Source: Hypanus sabinus (Eukaryota). From it: DNA of 64,000 bases. The translations under genes and the position numbers were made by a program. Shown piece after piece: positions 50,533 to 62,595 of the stretch. The notes under the pieces are model-generated. The model was not told the DNA's origin. It saw nothing but the letters and a program-made list of their open reading frames with translations, and did no database searches. The DNA is taken from NCBI RefSeq assembly GCF_030144855.1, contig NC_082723.1:35526001-35590000 (forward strand). Reading direction: 5' to 3'. Positions within the stretch are counted from its first letter, which is position 1. Every line of letters begins with the position of its first letter.

Positions 50533-51369
50533 TCAGTAACTGAGGCCCCATGATACTACTCACTGGTCTTGAACCGACATGACAATTTTTCCAGTACTTG
50601 AGCAAACTAAAATAGGCAGCACTGTGTAAAATGGTCATTGTGTTTTATTTACTGAATACCATTGAAGGTAATAGCAGTGAAATAATCCATTTGACCCAGC
50701 AGGGGTTTATGCTCAGCCTGAGTTAATGCTTCATGATCTAACACTTTCTGTTCCTTTGTCTCACTGTCATTGTCTAGCTTCCTTTTAAAGATACTTTCTA
50801 ACTAGCCATAACTAAATTACGTAGCTTTTTAGTACAGTCAAAAGTGCGCCCAAAAGGGAAATTAATCTAAGATCCTTTTGGACCAATCTCATTTCCTAGC
50901 ATTCTTCTGCTATTTTCTAATAGGGTTGTTGGTTGCTGTTAAGTATATGATAGGTTGGGTTGTTTCATAGGGCTTTAGTCTAATCCCATCCAAGATTATA
51001 ATTTCTCTTTCTATAGGAAGAGCATTGTCAGTGCCTGGGAACTTTGCATGATCTTGATAACTAGCTACTGCTTCTGGGATGAGTCCCAGAAAAGTCTCTA
51101 GACCCCAAACATCAACTATCTGTTCATTTCCATAGATGCTGCCTGACCTGCTAACTTTCTCCAGCATTTTGTTTGTGCTGCTTTGGATTTCCACCCCCGC
51201 AGATTTTCTCATGTTTAATCCAGATGAGGCCATCATAAAATTAAGGCAATGCAAAATAGTCATAGTTTCTGGACTCAATAATTGGGAAGATTAACTTCTT
51301 TCAGGAAAGCCCTAAAGCTTTCATTTTTTTGTCTTTAAGTTGTAATTAACTACATAGATAAATATAGTT

Positions 51370-52065
51370 TGCACTTTCAGAATTTTGGATTTTCAGAAGA
51401 CTTGTGATAAGGTGATATGCTAAGGATTATTTAAAAAAATTAGAGCACATGCTATTGTAGGTAATGTACTGGTATGGATTAAAAATTGAGAAACTAAAGA
51501 GTAAGAAAAAATAGATAATCTTTACTTTGGGAACCCCAAAGGAGTACCAACTGTTCACAATGTAATGGGATGGGGACATCAAGAGTAATATATCCAAGCT
51601 GCTGATGATACAAAACTGTGTGGCAGGCAGCTTGGGCTGTGAGAAGGATGCGGAAAGGTTTTAGGGGGATAGCAACAGTTTAAGTGAAAAGAAAAGAATA
51701 TAGCACGTGTGGAAAAAATGTGATGTTCATTTTGTTACAAAAGAGAAAAGTGGAATATTTTTAAATGGTGTGAGTTTGAAAGATGCTGTTTAGATTGTCC
51801 TCGTCCACTTGCAGATACTGCAAGCAGTAACGCAAATGATACCCTTTACTGCAAGACTCCAAGTACAAGAATAGACAAGTCCTTCAAATGTTTGCGGCTC
51901 TAATCAGACTGTATAAGAGTATCCGAATAAGAAGCAAACTAATCAGAACTGAGATAAAAGAAAGTATATTCAGGAAAGAGATTGGGAGGTATTTAGAAAT
52001 TAAAGGAAACAAGTGATTAATGTAGGGAACTGGCACTGTGTAGAAGATCATTCTGCATGGCAGGT
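51370..52065 (+). mobile_element. Highly decayed CR1 fragments
   Basis: GGATTTTCAGAAGACTTGTGATAAGGTG and TCCAAGCTGCTGATGATACAAAACT. Confidence 0.6.
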
Positions 52066-52614
52066 CTAACTCATATTTTAATTTATATTAAGGTTTAGCA
52101 TCCACCTAATGAAGAGTTGATAATACCACTTGGAAAAAGAATAAAATTCCTAATTTCACCTCAGTGACAAGTCAGTGGGAGGGCCACTGAGTTCAAGTTC
52201 CTCTACTCCAGTGCTAAGGGAATGTTTGAACTGTTTGAGATACTGTTTCTTGGATGAGAGGTGAAACCAAGGAGTGGTCAGAGGTTGCAAAGGTACAGAA
52301 TGGAAGCCGGCCATTCAGTCCAATTAGTCAAGACTCTCAAGTGTATCTCTCTATTCCCTTGCATATTCATCGTTTCCTTTCAAAACTATCTAAAATACTC
52401 CAAATTGCTGTGGTGGTTCACTCATGCTCTGTGATTTCACAACACTCTGCTACTGGGGCAAAGAAAGCAAGTGGGAATGTCAAAACACGGTTGGAAACCC
52501 GTGCTTATTAGATTATTTTAGTTGAATATCACAAAAGAAAATAGAAGTTTTTGTTATTTTAATAACAAATTTATTTGCAGGTTTTAGATATAAAGATCAT
52601 AAATGGTTCACTTA

Positions 52615-55580
52615 GACCATAAGACTAAAATATAGGAGCAGAATTAGGCATTTGGCCATCAAATCTTCTCTGCCATTTCATCATGGCTGATCAATTTTCC
52701 CTCTTAATCCCATTCTTCTGCCTTCTCCCCGTAACCTTTCACCCCCTTACTAATAAAGAACCTATCAACATCTGCCTTAAATATATCCAATGACGTTGTC
52801 ACCTGTGGCATCAAATTCCACAGAATCAACACCATCTGGCTAAAGAAATGCATCTTCGTCTCCATTATAAATGGACATCCCTCTATTCTGAGGCTGTGCC
52901 TAGTTTCCCCCACTATAGGAAACATCCTTGCCGCATCCACTCTATCTGCCCCTCCTTATTCTTCTAAATTCCAGCGAGTACAAGCCCAGAGCCATCAAAC
53001 ACTTCTCATATGTTAACCCTTTAATTTGCAGAATCATTCTCATGCCCTCTCCAACATCTACATATCCTTTCTTAGATAAAGGACCCAAAACTGCTGACAA
53101 TACTCTAACTGAGGCCTCACAGTGCCTTATAAGGCCTCAGCATTATATCCTTGCCTTTATATTCTAGTTCTCTCAAAATGAATGCTAACGTTACATTTGC
53201 CTTAGCAGGTTGACTCAACCTGCAAGTTAACCTGTAGGGAATCCTGCATGAGAACTCCCCAAGTCCTTTTGCACCCTGAATTTTTGGATTTTCTGCCTGT
53301 TTAAAAAATAGTCTCTTTTGTTCATTCTAGAAAAGTGCATGACCATATATTTCCCGACACTGTATCCCACCTGCCACTTCTTTGCCCATTCTCCTAATCT
53401 GCCCAAGTCCTTCTGTAGCTTCTCTACGTCCTTAGAACTACCTTCCCCTCCACCTATCTTTGTATTGTCCAGAAACTTTGCAACAAAGCCGTCACCCAAA
53501 TCATTGACATTTAACATTACAAAAAAGTAGTCCCAACACCAAACTCTGCAGAACACCGCTAGTTACCAGCAGCCAACTAGAAAAGGGTTCCCTTTATTTT
53601 CACTCTGCCACCTCACAATCAGCCAATCCATTATCCATGCTTGTATCTTTCCTGTAATATCAGAATCAGGGTTATTATCACTAACGTGTCTTGAAATTTG
53701 TTAACTTATTAGCAACAGTTCAATGCAATACATAATATAGAAGAAGAAAAATAAAATAATAATAAATAAATAATGGACACTGCCTTTCTGAAACCACCTT
53801 GTTAAGCAGCCTCATGTGCAGCATCTTGTCAAAACCCTTCTGAAAATCCAAGTTCACAACATCCACTGATTCTCCTTTTGTCTATGCTTTTTGTTATTTC
53901 CTCAAAGAATTCCAATGGATTTGTCAAGCAAGATTTTCTTTTAACGAAACCATGCTGATCTTGGCCTATTTTATCACGTGCCTCCATGTACCCAAAACCT
54001 TATACTTAACAATTGACTCCAACATCTTCCCAACCATTGAGGTCAGGATAACTGGCCTATAATTTCCTTTCTTCTGCCTCTCCTCTTTCTTGAAGAGTGG
54101 AGTGACACTTGCAATTTTCCAGTCCTCTGGAACCATGCTAGAATCTAGTGCTTCGTGAAAGATCATTACCAATGCCCCCACAATTTCCTCAGCCACATTT
54201 TTCTGAACCCTAGGGTGTAGTCCACCTGGTCAGATGACTTACCAACCTTCAGACCTTTCAGCTTTCCAAGTGCCTTCTCCCTAGTACTGTAATAGAAATT
54301 GCACTCACTTCTGCCCTCTGACATTCTCAAACCTCCTGCACACTGCTAGAGTCCCCCACAGTGAAGACAGATGCAAAATACTTCTTAAGTTTGTCCACCA
54401 TTTCCTTGTTCCCCCATTACTACCTCTCCAAGGTCATTTTCTAGCAGTCCAATCTACTCTCACCTCTCTTTTACTCTTTATGTGTCTGAAAAAACTTTCA
54501 GAATCTTCTTTAATATTATTGGCTAGCTTGCCTTCATATTTCATCTTTTCCCTCCTTATGGTTTTTTAATTGCCTTCTGTTGGTTTTTAACAGCTTTGCA
54601 ATCCTCTAACCTCATTAATTTTTGCACTACTTATAAGCCTTCCCCTTTTCTTTTATGTTGATTTTGACTTCCCTTGTCCACCACAGTAACATCATCCTGC
54701 CTTTAGAATACTTCTTTGGGATGTATCCATTCTGCACCTTCCAAATTGTTCCCAGAAACCCCAGCCATTGCTGTTATGCTGTTATCCCTAGTAGTGTCCT
54801 TTTCTAATTAACTTTGACCAGCTCCTCTCTCATGCCTCCATAATTCCCTTTATTCTGCTGTAATACTGATTCAGATGACTTTATTCTCTCCCTCTCAAAT
54901 TGCAGGGTAAAGTCTATCATTATGATCACTTCCTAGGGGTTCCTTTACCTTAAGCTTCCTAATCAAATCCAGTTCATTTCACAACATCCAATCAGAATAG
55001 CCTTTCCCCTAGTGGGCTCAACCACAATCTGTTCGAAAAAGCCATCTTGTAGCTTTCTATAAATTTTCTCTCTTGGGATCCAGCATCAGTCTGATTTTCC
55101 CAACCTACCTGCATATTGAAATCCCCCATGTCTCTAACATTGCCCTTTTGACTGTGTTTTCTATCTCTTGTAATTTGTAGCCCACATCCTGGCTACTTTT
55201 CAGACCTGTATACAACTCTTATCAAGGTCTTTTATCCTTTACAGTTCCTTAACTCTAACCACAAAGATTCTACATCTTCTGCTCCTATGTCACCTCTTTC
55301 TAATGATTTGATTTCAGTTTTTTAACAACAGAGTCATCCCTACGTACCTACTTGTCTACGTACCTGCCTGGCCTTTCGATACAATGTGCATCCTTGGATG
55401 TTAAGCTCCCAATCTTTCAGGCATGACTTGGTGATGTCCACAGTGTCATACCTACCAATTTCTAATGGTACTGCAAGATCATCAACCTTATTCCATATAC
55501 TGCTTGCATTCAAATATAATAGCTTCAGTCCTGTATTTGTCCCTCTTTTCAATTTTGTCCTCAGGTTACATTGCAACTTG
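52615..55580 (-). mobile_element. CR1 LINE ORF2, ~3 kb from endonuclease start to 3' tail, decayed; small Rex1-tail insert at ~53660-53795
   Basis: LKLLYLNASSIWNKVDDL, VPEDWKIASVTPLFKK...GNYRPVILTS, VAKFLDNTKIGG and LQKDLGRLGEWAKKWQ. Confidence 0.92.
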
Positions 55581-56954
55581 TTGCAAAGCAACTTTGTATT
55601 TAAGGTTATTGATAGTTAGGTTAATGTACCCAGACTGGTTATACCACTTGTGACCATGCCAAGAGAACCTCCTGCAGATCTTGCGCGGAGTATTTGACTA
55701 TTCAGATTTTGTTGCAGGTGGATTTGAATGACTTAATGTGCCACAGGTAAGAAAGCAACAATAGATCCTGAAACAAGAGGAAGAAGGACTTGTATTAATG
55801 CTGCCATGATCGAGGGTTTTTCTCTGCAATCTGAAAGCAGGAATGGAGAAAGGATTGGTAATGGTCTGCAAGGACATCACTTACATTATGAATAATGGAA
55901 TTGCTTTTAGCAACGAGCCTAGTTTAGGTCTGTGTAGAAAAGGAAGCAAAAGGTTTTTGGAAAAGACTGCTAAGTTGTGCTATCTTTTGAATTTTCTTGT
56001 ATAACTCTGGCAACTGCACAAACGCGGTCCTCAACAATCAGAGAACACAGATTTTGAAATTTTGAAACACTTGGCAAAATATAAGAGGAAAGATAGATTT
56101 ATTTTAACATGGAAAGGAGACCCTGAAAATGTAATGGGACCGTAGTCAGCAGTAACTTCTGAAATAAAATTAGTTAAATTGGAATAGGAATGTTTTGATA
56201 GACTTTAGGGGAATGAGATACAAGTAAGTTCTAGAAACTGGACAATTATGCTTTGGTTCCACATTTGTCTTTGTATCAGAAAAAGAGAATAGAGTAAGTT
56301 GAATTATAATGACAGCATTCTATACTCTGAGATGACTCATGGTATTAGCTCCAGTAACTTGGGAACCAATGAGCTTTAGATACACTGTGTAGTTTATTTC
56401 TTGACATCTGTTTTGGTGCCTCGAGAATTTTGATGCCAGATCTTGCTCGCAGTGAAATTTCTAAAGATCACTTTTTAATTCCCATAAACTCTAGGAGAGT
56501 CATGGAGGTTGGTAATTTTTTCATCCTTAAATGTTAAATAATAGGATCAATTTAATTCTGTTCTTACATATTGAGATACTGAGCTGTTTGGTTTTCTATT
56601 TTCTTTGGTCATGCTGTTATTTATTATGAAATGTATAAGAGATTGAATTAAAAGCATGATTGAATGTGGAGTAACTGGAATAGAGGGGGTAAATGATAAT
56701 TTTCCTTCAATCCCCCACAAATGTCAAAACAGTTGAAAAGCCTTCATAGTAATTTCCCAATTCAATCTGATGATTGTAACAGAATATCATTGGTGTACAC
56801 AACAGAAAATCCAAGTACTTGTGGATGGATTTGCATGTTTTAGATATTGCAGCCATGAGGGGACAAAGTGCTTCCTCATCCTTGTATTTCACTGTTGAAT
56901 AACTGTTTTACTCTAATATTCTGAATCTGCTGATGTAAAATCCTATTTGGATTA

Positions 56955-57795
56955 AGTGAGTAAGCAAATGGAGTCTAATGTGGAAAAGCTGAAATTGTCC
57001 ATTTTGGTAGGAAAAGTAAAAGAAGAAGCATATTGACTCAGATATGACAGAAGGAGGGGCTTTAAATTACTAAGGGATCCAGAGCAAGAGTCTAGTATGC
57101 CAGTAATTAGGGACATTAATGGAATGTTTTTGTTTATTACCAGGAGGAATGCATAAAAGTAAGGGGCTTTTGCTTTATTTATGGAGGGCATTGGTGAGAT
57201 CACATGTGGAGTACAGTGTACTGATCTTCTTGTCCAAGGAAAGATGTCCTTGTGTTAGAAACAGTTCAGAGAAAGTTTACTATACTAATAACTGGAATGG
57301 ACAGGTTGCTATGTGAGGAAAGGGTGTGCAGCTTTGGTTTATATCTGCTGCTGTTTAGAAGAATGAGAGGGGACGTTATGTAAGATCCTGAGAGATCTTG
57401 ACAGGTGGATCTGGAACAGTTGTTTTCTCTTGTAGGATAATCTACAAATATAGAAGACGGTTTAAATCTAGGGACTTGCCTGTTTAAAACAGATGAGGCA
57501 TCTTTTTTTCTCTCTGTGAGTGCTGAGAATCTTTGGAACTCTCTTCATGAGAAACAAAAGCAGAGTCTTTGAATGTTTTAAGCAGAAGTGTCTAGACATT
57601 TCAAACTTGGAAGTAAATTTATTATCAAAGTACATGTATATCACCATATACAACCCTGTGATTTGTTTGATAAGCAAGGGGCTGAAATCTTAGCATATTC
57701 AGATGTGAATGAAGAAGTTCGGTTATAGTTATGATCTTATTGAATAGCAGACCAATCTTGAGATGTCTACACCTGCTTCTGATCTATAGATTCTA
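56955..57795 (+). mobile_element. Decayed CR1 3' part with a short LINE-tail insert
   Basis: LWRALVRSHVEYSV; TTTAGAAGAATGAGAGG. Confidence 0.7.
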
Positions 57796-58051
57796 CTTCC
57801 CAGGCAACTAAGTAGCTTCTCCCTCCTGTTATTCACAGTCATTTTGGAGTTTAGGTTCATAATAATTGACCAATTATTACCAATAATTAGATCCAGATTT
57901 GGTGTATTGACAAGACCAAACATTACAGTGGAACTTTTAAAAGATTTGGAACAAATTACTTTGGACATTTCAAATGGTTTATAACCAATATATTACTCTT
58001 GGGTTCACAATTGTTAGGCAAGCAGCCAATAAACTCACAGCACAAAGCTAA

Positions 58052-58190
58052 TCTAGTTTCTGATGAAGGGTTTCGGCCCGAAACGTCGTCACTACCTCCT
58101 CCCAGAGATGCTGTCTGGCCTGCTGAGTTCTGTCAGCATTTTGTGTTTTTATTTATTTCCAGCATCTGCAGATTCACTCGTGTTGCCTTA
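58052..58190 (+). ncRNA. Penelope-derived terminal repeat with an intact minimal hammerhead-ribozyme core
   Basis: CTGATGA-A-GGGT[TTCG]GCCC-GAAAC-GTC at 58060-58087, followed by the GATGCTGTCTGGCCTGCTGAGTTC repeat body. Confidence 0.6.
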
Positions 58191-59069
58191 GTTTCTAGTT
58201 CTTGCTTTTTGTTGAATTTTGTATGCAAACTTGCTGCCATATATTTCACCTTGAAACATTGACCATATTTCAAAAGTTATTATAAAAATAACATAATACA
58301 GTGTTTTCCGGAAACCTTAAATATATTATAGAAATGGGTCTGGGGCACTTGCGAAAAAGTGTTGAACATTTTTTTGTTTCCATTACCATAGGAATGGGGA
58401 GGTGAGGTCAGAAGGGGTCTGGGATAGTTGAGTGTTGGAGTGATAAGTAGATTTGCGATTGTGGGGGAGCATTTGAAGGATCCTAGATAGGAAATTGGAA
58501 TTTGGAATCAGAAGAGACCCCAGAAAAACAACTTCAGTTATATGGAGAGACCACAGAGCTGGGTTTCTTTAAACAAAGCTGAGTGGTAAATGTTGTTCTA
58601 ATATTCAAAGTCCAGCTCCCTGGCAACTAGAATAAAACAGTGAAAATCAAGGGGCCATCTCTTAAAAGAATACAAAAATCATGAGGGGATTTTGTCTGTG
58701 TGTGGAAAGCAAGCTGTTTTGGAGGGGAAGATGATTTACAAACGTTTGTATATTCAGGGGACACGAATTTAAAATAATTGACAAAAGATAAAAAAATAAG
58801 ATGTGAAAATGTTAGTATACTAAACTTCCATAATCTGGAATAAATTACCTTAATGATAGCTCAATCAGATACAATAGTAACGTTCAAAGGAATTGTATAT
58901 GCAGTATAACTAGAGCAGGAAAAGTCTGTAAGGCAATAAAGAAAGTGTGAAGGCTTGGTCCTTAAGTATACTTAGTGCTGTCATATTGTGTGATTATATA
59001 AGAGAACTGTTGAGTTTCTGAGTCTACATGAAACACTATACACATTATCAGAAAAAGAATCAGGTTTAA

Positions 59070-59718
59070 TAGATAGGGTTGTAAAGAGAGCTTTTGGTAC
59101 ATAGGCCTTTATAAATCAAAGTATTGAGTATAAGAGTTGGAATGTTATGGTGAGGTTGTATAAGGCATTGGTGAAGCTGAATTTGGAGTATTGTGTGCAG
59201 TTTTAGTCACCAAATTACAGGAAGGATATTAATAAGTTTGAAAGAGTGCAGAGAAGGTCTACAAGGATGTTGCCGAGACTTGAGAAACTGAGTTACAGAG
59301 AAAGGTTGAATAGGTTAGGACCTTAGTCCCTGGACTGTAGAAGAATGAGGAGAGATTTGATAGCGGTATATAAAATTATGATGGGTATAGATAGTGAATG
59401 CAAGCAGGCTTTTCCCAGTGAGGCTAGGGGAGAAAAAAACCAGAGGACATGAGTGAAGGGGGAAAAGTATAAAGGGAACATTGGGGGAGGGGGCTTCTTC
59501 ACACAGAGAGTGGTGGCAGTGTGGAATGAGCTGCCAGATGAAGTGGTAAATGCATGCTCACTTTTAACATTTAACAATAACTTGGACAGGTACATGGATG
59601 AGAGGTGTATGGAGGGATATGGGCCAGGTGCAGGTCAGTGGGACTAGGCAGAAAAATGGTTCAGCACAGCCAAGAAGGGCCAAAAGGCCTGTTTCTGTGC
59701 TGTAATGTTCGATGTTTC
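59070..59718 (+). mobile_element. CR1 3' fragment inserted in an antisense Rex1 tail
   Basis: FFTQRVVAVWNELPDEVV; Rex1 tail GAATCAGGTTTAAT resumes as TGACCAGCGTATGTCATGAGATTTG. Confidence 0.85.
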
Positions 59719-59719
59719 A

Positions 59720-60617
59720 AATATGACCAGCGTATGTCATGAGATTTGTTAACTTAGCAGCAGCAGTACAATGCAACACTTGATAAGTATAGTAAAAAAT
59801 AAATGAATTATAGTAAGTAGATACATTAAATAGATAAGTTTAAGAAGTAGTGCAGAAACAGAAATAAGTACAAATAAAGTAGTGAGGTCATGTTCATGGG
59901 TTCAATGTCCATTTAGAAATCAGATGACAGAGGGGAAGAAGCTCTTCCTGAATCATTGAGTATGTGCCTTCAGGCTTCTTTACCTCCTTCTTGACAGTAA
60001 CAATGAGAAGAGAGCATTTCCCGGGTGGTGAGGATCCTTAATGATGGATGCCACCTTTCTAAGTCACTGCTCCTTGAAAATGTCTTGGATGCTACGGAGG
60101 CTAGTACTCAAGATGGAGCAGACTAATTTTACAACTTTCTGCAACTTATCTGCAACTTACTTTGATCCTGTGCAGTAGCATCCCCACCCCCAATACCAGA
60201 CGTGATGCAGTTAGTCACAGTATATCCGTAAAAGATTTGGAGTGTTTTAGTTGACAAACCAAATCTGCTCAAACTCCTAATGAAATATAGCCACTGTCTT
60301 GCCTTCTTTATAGCTACGTCAATATGTTGTATCCAGGTCAGGACCTCAGAGATATTGATACGAAGAACTTGAAAATGGTCACTCTCTCCACTTCTGATGC
60401 CTCCATGAGGATTGGTACGTGTTCCCTCATTCTACCTTTTCTGAAGTCCACAATAAACTCATTGGCCTTCCTGACCTCGGTTGTTGCTGTGACACCACTC
60501 AGCTAGCACGTATATCTTCTTCCCCCCCCCCCCCCCCGTATACCTTCTGATCGCTCTCTGAGATTCTGCCAATAATGTTTGTATCATCGGCAAATTTATA
60601 GATGGCATTTGAGCTCT
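59720..60617 (-). mobile_element. Rex1/Babar-type LINE 3' part
   Basis: GTATCATCGGCAAATTTATAGATGGC is the reverse complement of AIYKFADDT; homologous to 27313-27700. Confidence 0.82.
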
Positions 60618-61130
60618 GTACCTGCTGGTTAATGCAAACATGTGATCAGTCACTCATGTGGCAGCAACTCAGTATGCAAAAGCATGAGGCTCAGTTGTTG
60701 TTCGGACCATACGTCAGATTGGGAAAAAAATGTGATCTAAGTGACTGACTTTGGAATGATTGTTAGTTCCAGAAAGTGTGGCTTGAATATCTCAGAAACT
60801 GCTGCTCTCCTGGGATTTTTATGCACAACAGTCTCTAGAGTTTACAGAGACTGGTGCAAGAAACAAAAAATATCAAGTGATAAGCAGTTCTGTGAGCAAA
60901 AACGTCTTGTTAATGGGGGCTGTCAGAGGAGAATGAACCAAATTGGTTCAAGCTGACAGAAAAGTGACAGTAACTCAAATTACCATGCATTACAACAGTG
61001 GTGAGCAGAAAAGCATCTGAATGCAAAACACATCGAACCTTGAACTGGATGGGCTACAGCAGCAGAATACCGTGAGCAAACATTCAGTGGCCACTTTATT
61101 AGATACCTAATAAAGTGGCCAGTGAGTGTA
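60618..61130 (+). mobile_element. Tc1-like deleted transposon (same family as 40074-40590) ending in a palindrome
   Basis: MIVSSRKCGLNISETAALLGFL.TTVSRVYR; CATTCAGTGGCCACTTTATTAGATACCTAATAAAGTGGCCAGTGAGTG|TA. Confidence 0.85.
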
Positions 61131-61965
61131 TGTTCACCCCACTGGGCCCTGGCCTCTGCCTCACCATCACAGCTGAAGATAGAAATAGGAAACCGCGATA
61201 AGGCTTGACTGTGAGAAACACACCTGTCACTTTGACATTAGTTGTTGTGATGTAAGGGTATTTTTCTGCTACATGTTTTGTCAGAAGGCACCTGCAGCAC
61301 TGAAATAAGTATTGTATATGCTTGAAGTTACCTGGCAACATGGTTGTTTATTGCTGAGTGTATGATTATAGGATGGACTGAGCGCAGGAATCAGCTGCAA
61401 TGCCGTCAATATTAGTCCTGCTGACTGGAGCTTTTTATTTTGGCACAGTCTGAAAACCCTGCCCTGCACCATTCCATTAATGGATGTGGCAAAAATAATT
61501 TTCTATATTTAAAAAAAAAATCAAATGCTCCTGGTCAGAAAAACAGTTTTATTATTGAGGGAAAGGACATATTTCTGAAAAAAAAATCTACGGTTATGTG
61601 GCTACAAGTGAGCGTGCAATCAGCAATGTGAAATCTGACCACCCCTACTACAATTTAAATAAAGGTTCAGCCCACTAGCTCTTGATCCAGCAGACTAATA
61701 GTGATGGATTTTTCTGTTGGCAAGTTTCTGTGCTACAGGGGTAGCCTAGAATGAGCAGTTATCTTTTACTTGGCAAAAATGTGTTAAAAGACCTGACGGC
61801 CTGATTACTACCAGGCTTGAGAGTGAGGTTAACTAGCAAGGAAGATGCCAGAAAGGAGAGTAGTTATTAACTCAGTCTGGCCCTTGGGAGCCTAGCGAAA
61901 TAACTGTCTCTAACAAATCAGATCAAGTCAGAAGGCAACCAGGCTGCTGTCAGCATCTGTGCATC

Positions 61966-61977
61966 ATGGCTGAGGAA
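61966..61977 (+). CDS. Candidate first coding exon (MAEE) of the next gene, possibly PIP5KL1 by synteny
   Basis: gcatcATGG strong Kozak context, four codons, then a consensus GTAAGT donor, in unique sequence; identity rests only on the human gene order FAM102A-DPM2-PIP5KL1. Confidence 0.4.
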
Positions 61978-62264
61978 GTAAGTGAAATTAGTTGAAAGCT
62001 ATTAAATCTTTTAGTATGTTTGAAATGATTATTGTTTTTATAATTATTTACTATACTGTAAATATAAGAGCAAATTGGGTTGGTAACCTAACTTAGAAGT
62101 TTCATTAATTACATTTAAGATTGGAAGAAATCTATTTCATTGGAAACACCTCGAAATTGCTTCCTAGATGTTTGTACATTTGCCTGATCTTGCTTTGCGG
62201 AGCAACGCACTTTCTTTACTGCAGGTTTTGTTTGGTTGCATATAAAGTAAGGAGGTTAGATTGC

Positions 62265-62595
62265 TGCACTAGCTTCAGAGTTCTGGACTCCTAATCTGGG
62301 GTAAAGGAGTCAGACTTTATGTGACAACTGGAGAAATTAAATCCATGTAATTAAGTAAATCTAGAATTCAAGTTAGTCTCAGTAACAAAATCATGAAAAT
62401 ACCAGATTGTCTCTTTTTTAAAAAACTCATAAATTTCCTTCAGGAAAGGTAATCTGATATTTTCATTCTGATTTGCCATTCTGTGAATAAGGACCCACCA
62501 GAATGGTAGACGTGTACACCTCTCTTATGTTCAGGGCAATTAGGAATGTATATAATAAATACTGCCATTTCCAGTTATCTCCAGTCTGTGGATGA
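62265..62595 (+). mobile_element. Old SINE with L2-type tail
   Basis: AAATCTAGAATT..GTTAGTCTCAGTAA..CATGAAA...CCTTCAGGAAAGG.AATCTG...CAGGGCAATTAGGAATG..AATAAATACTG. Confidence 0.55.
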
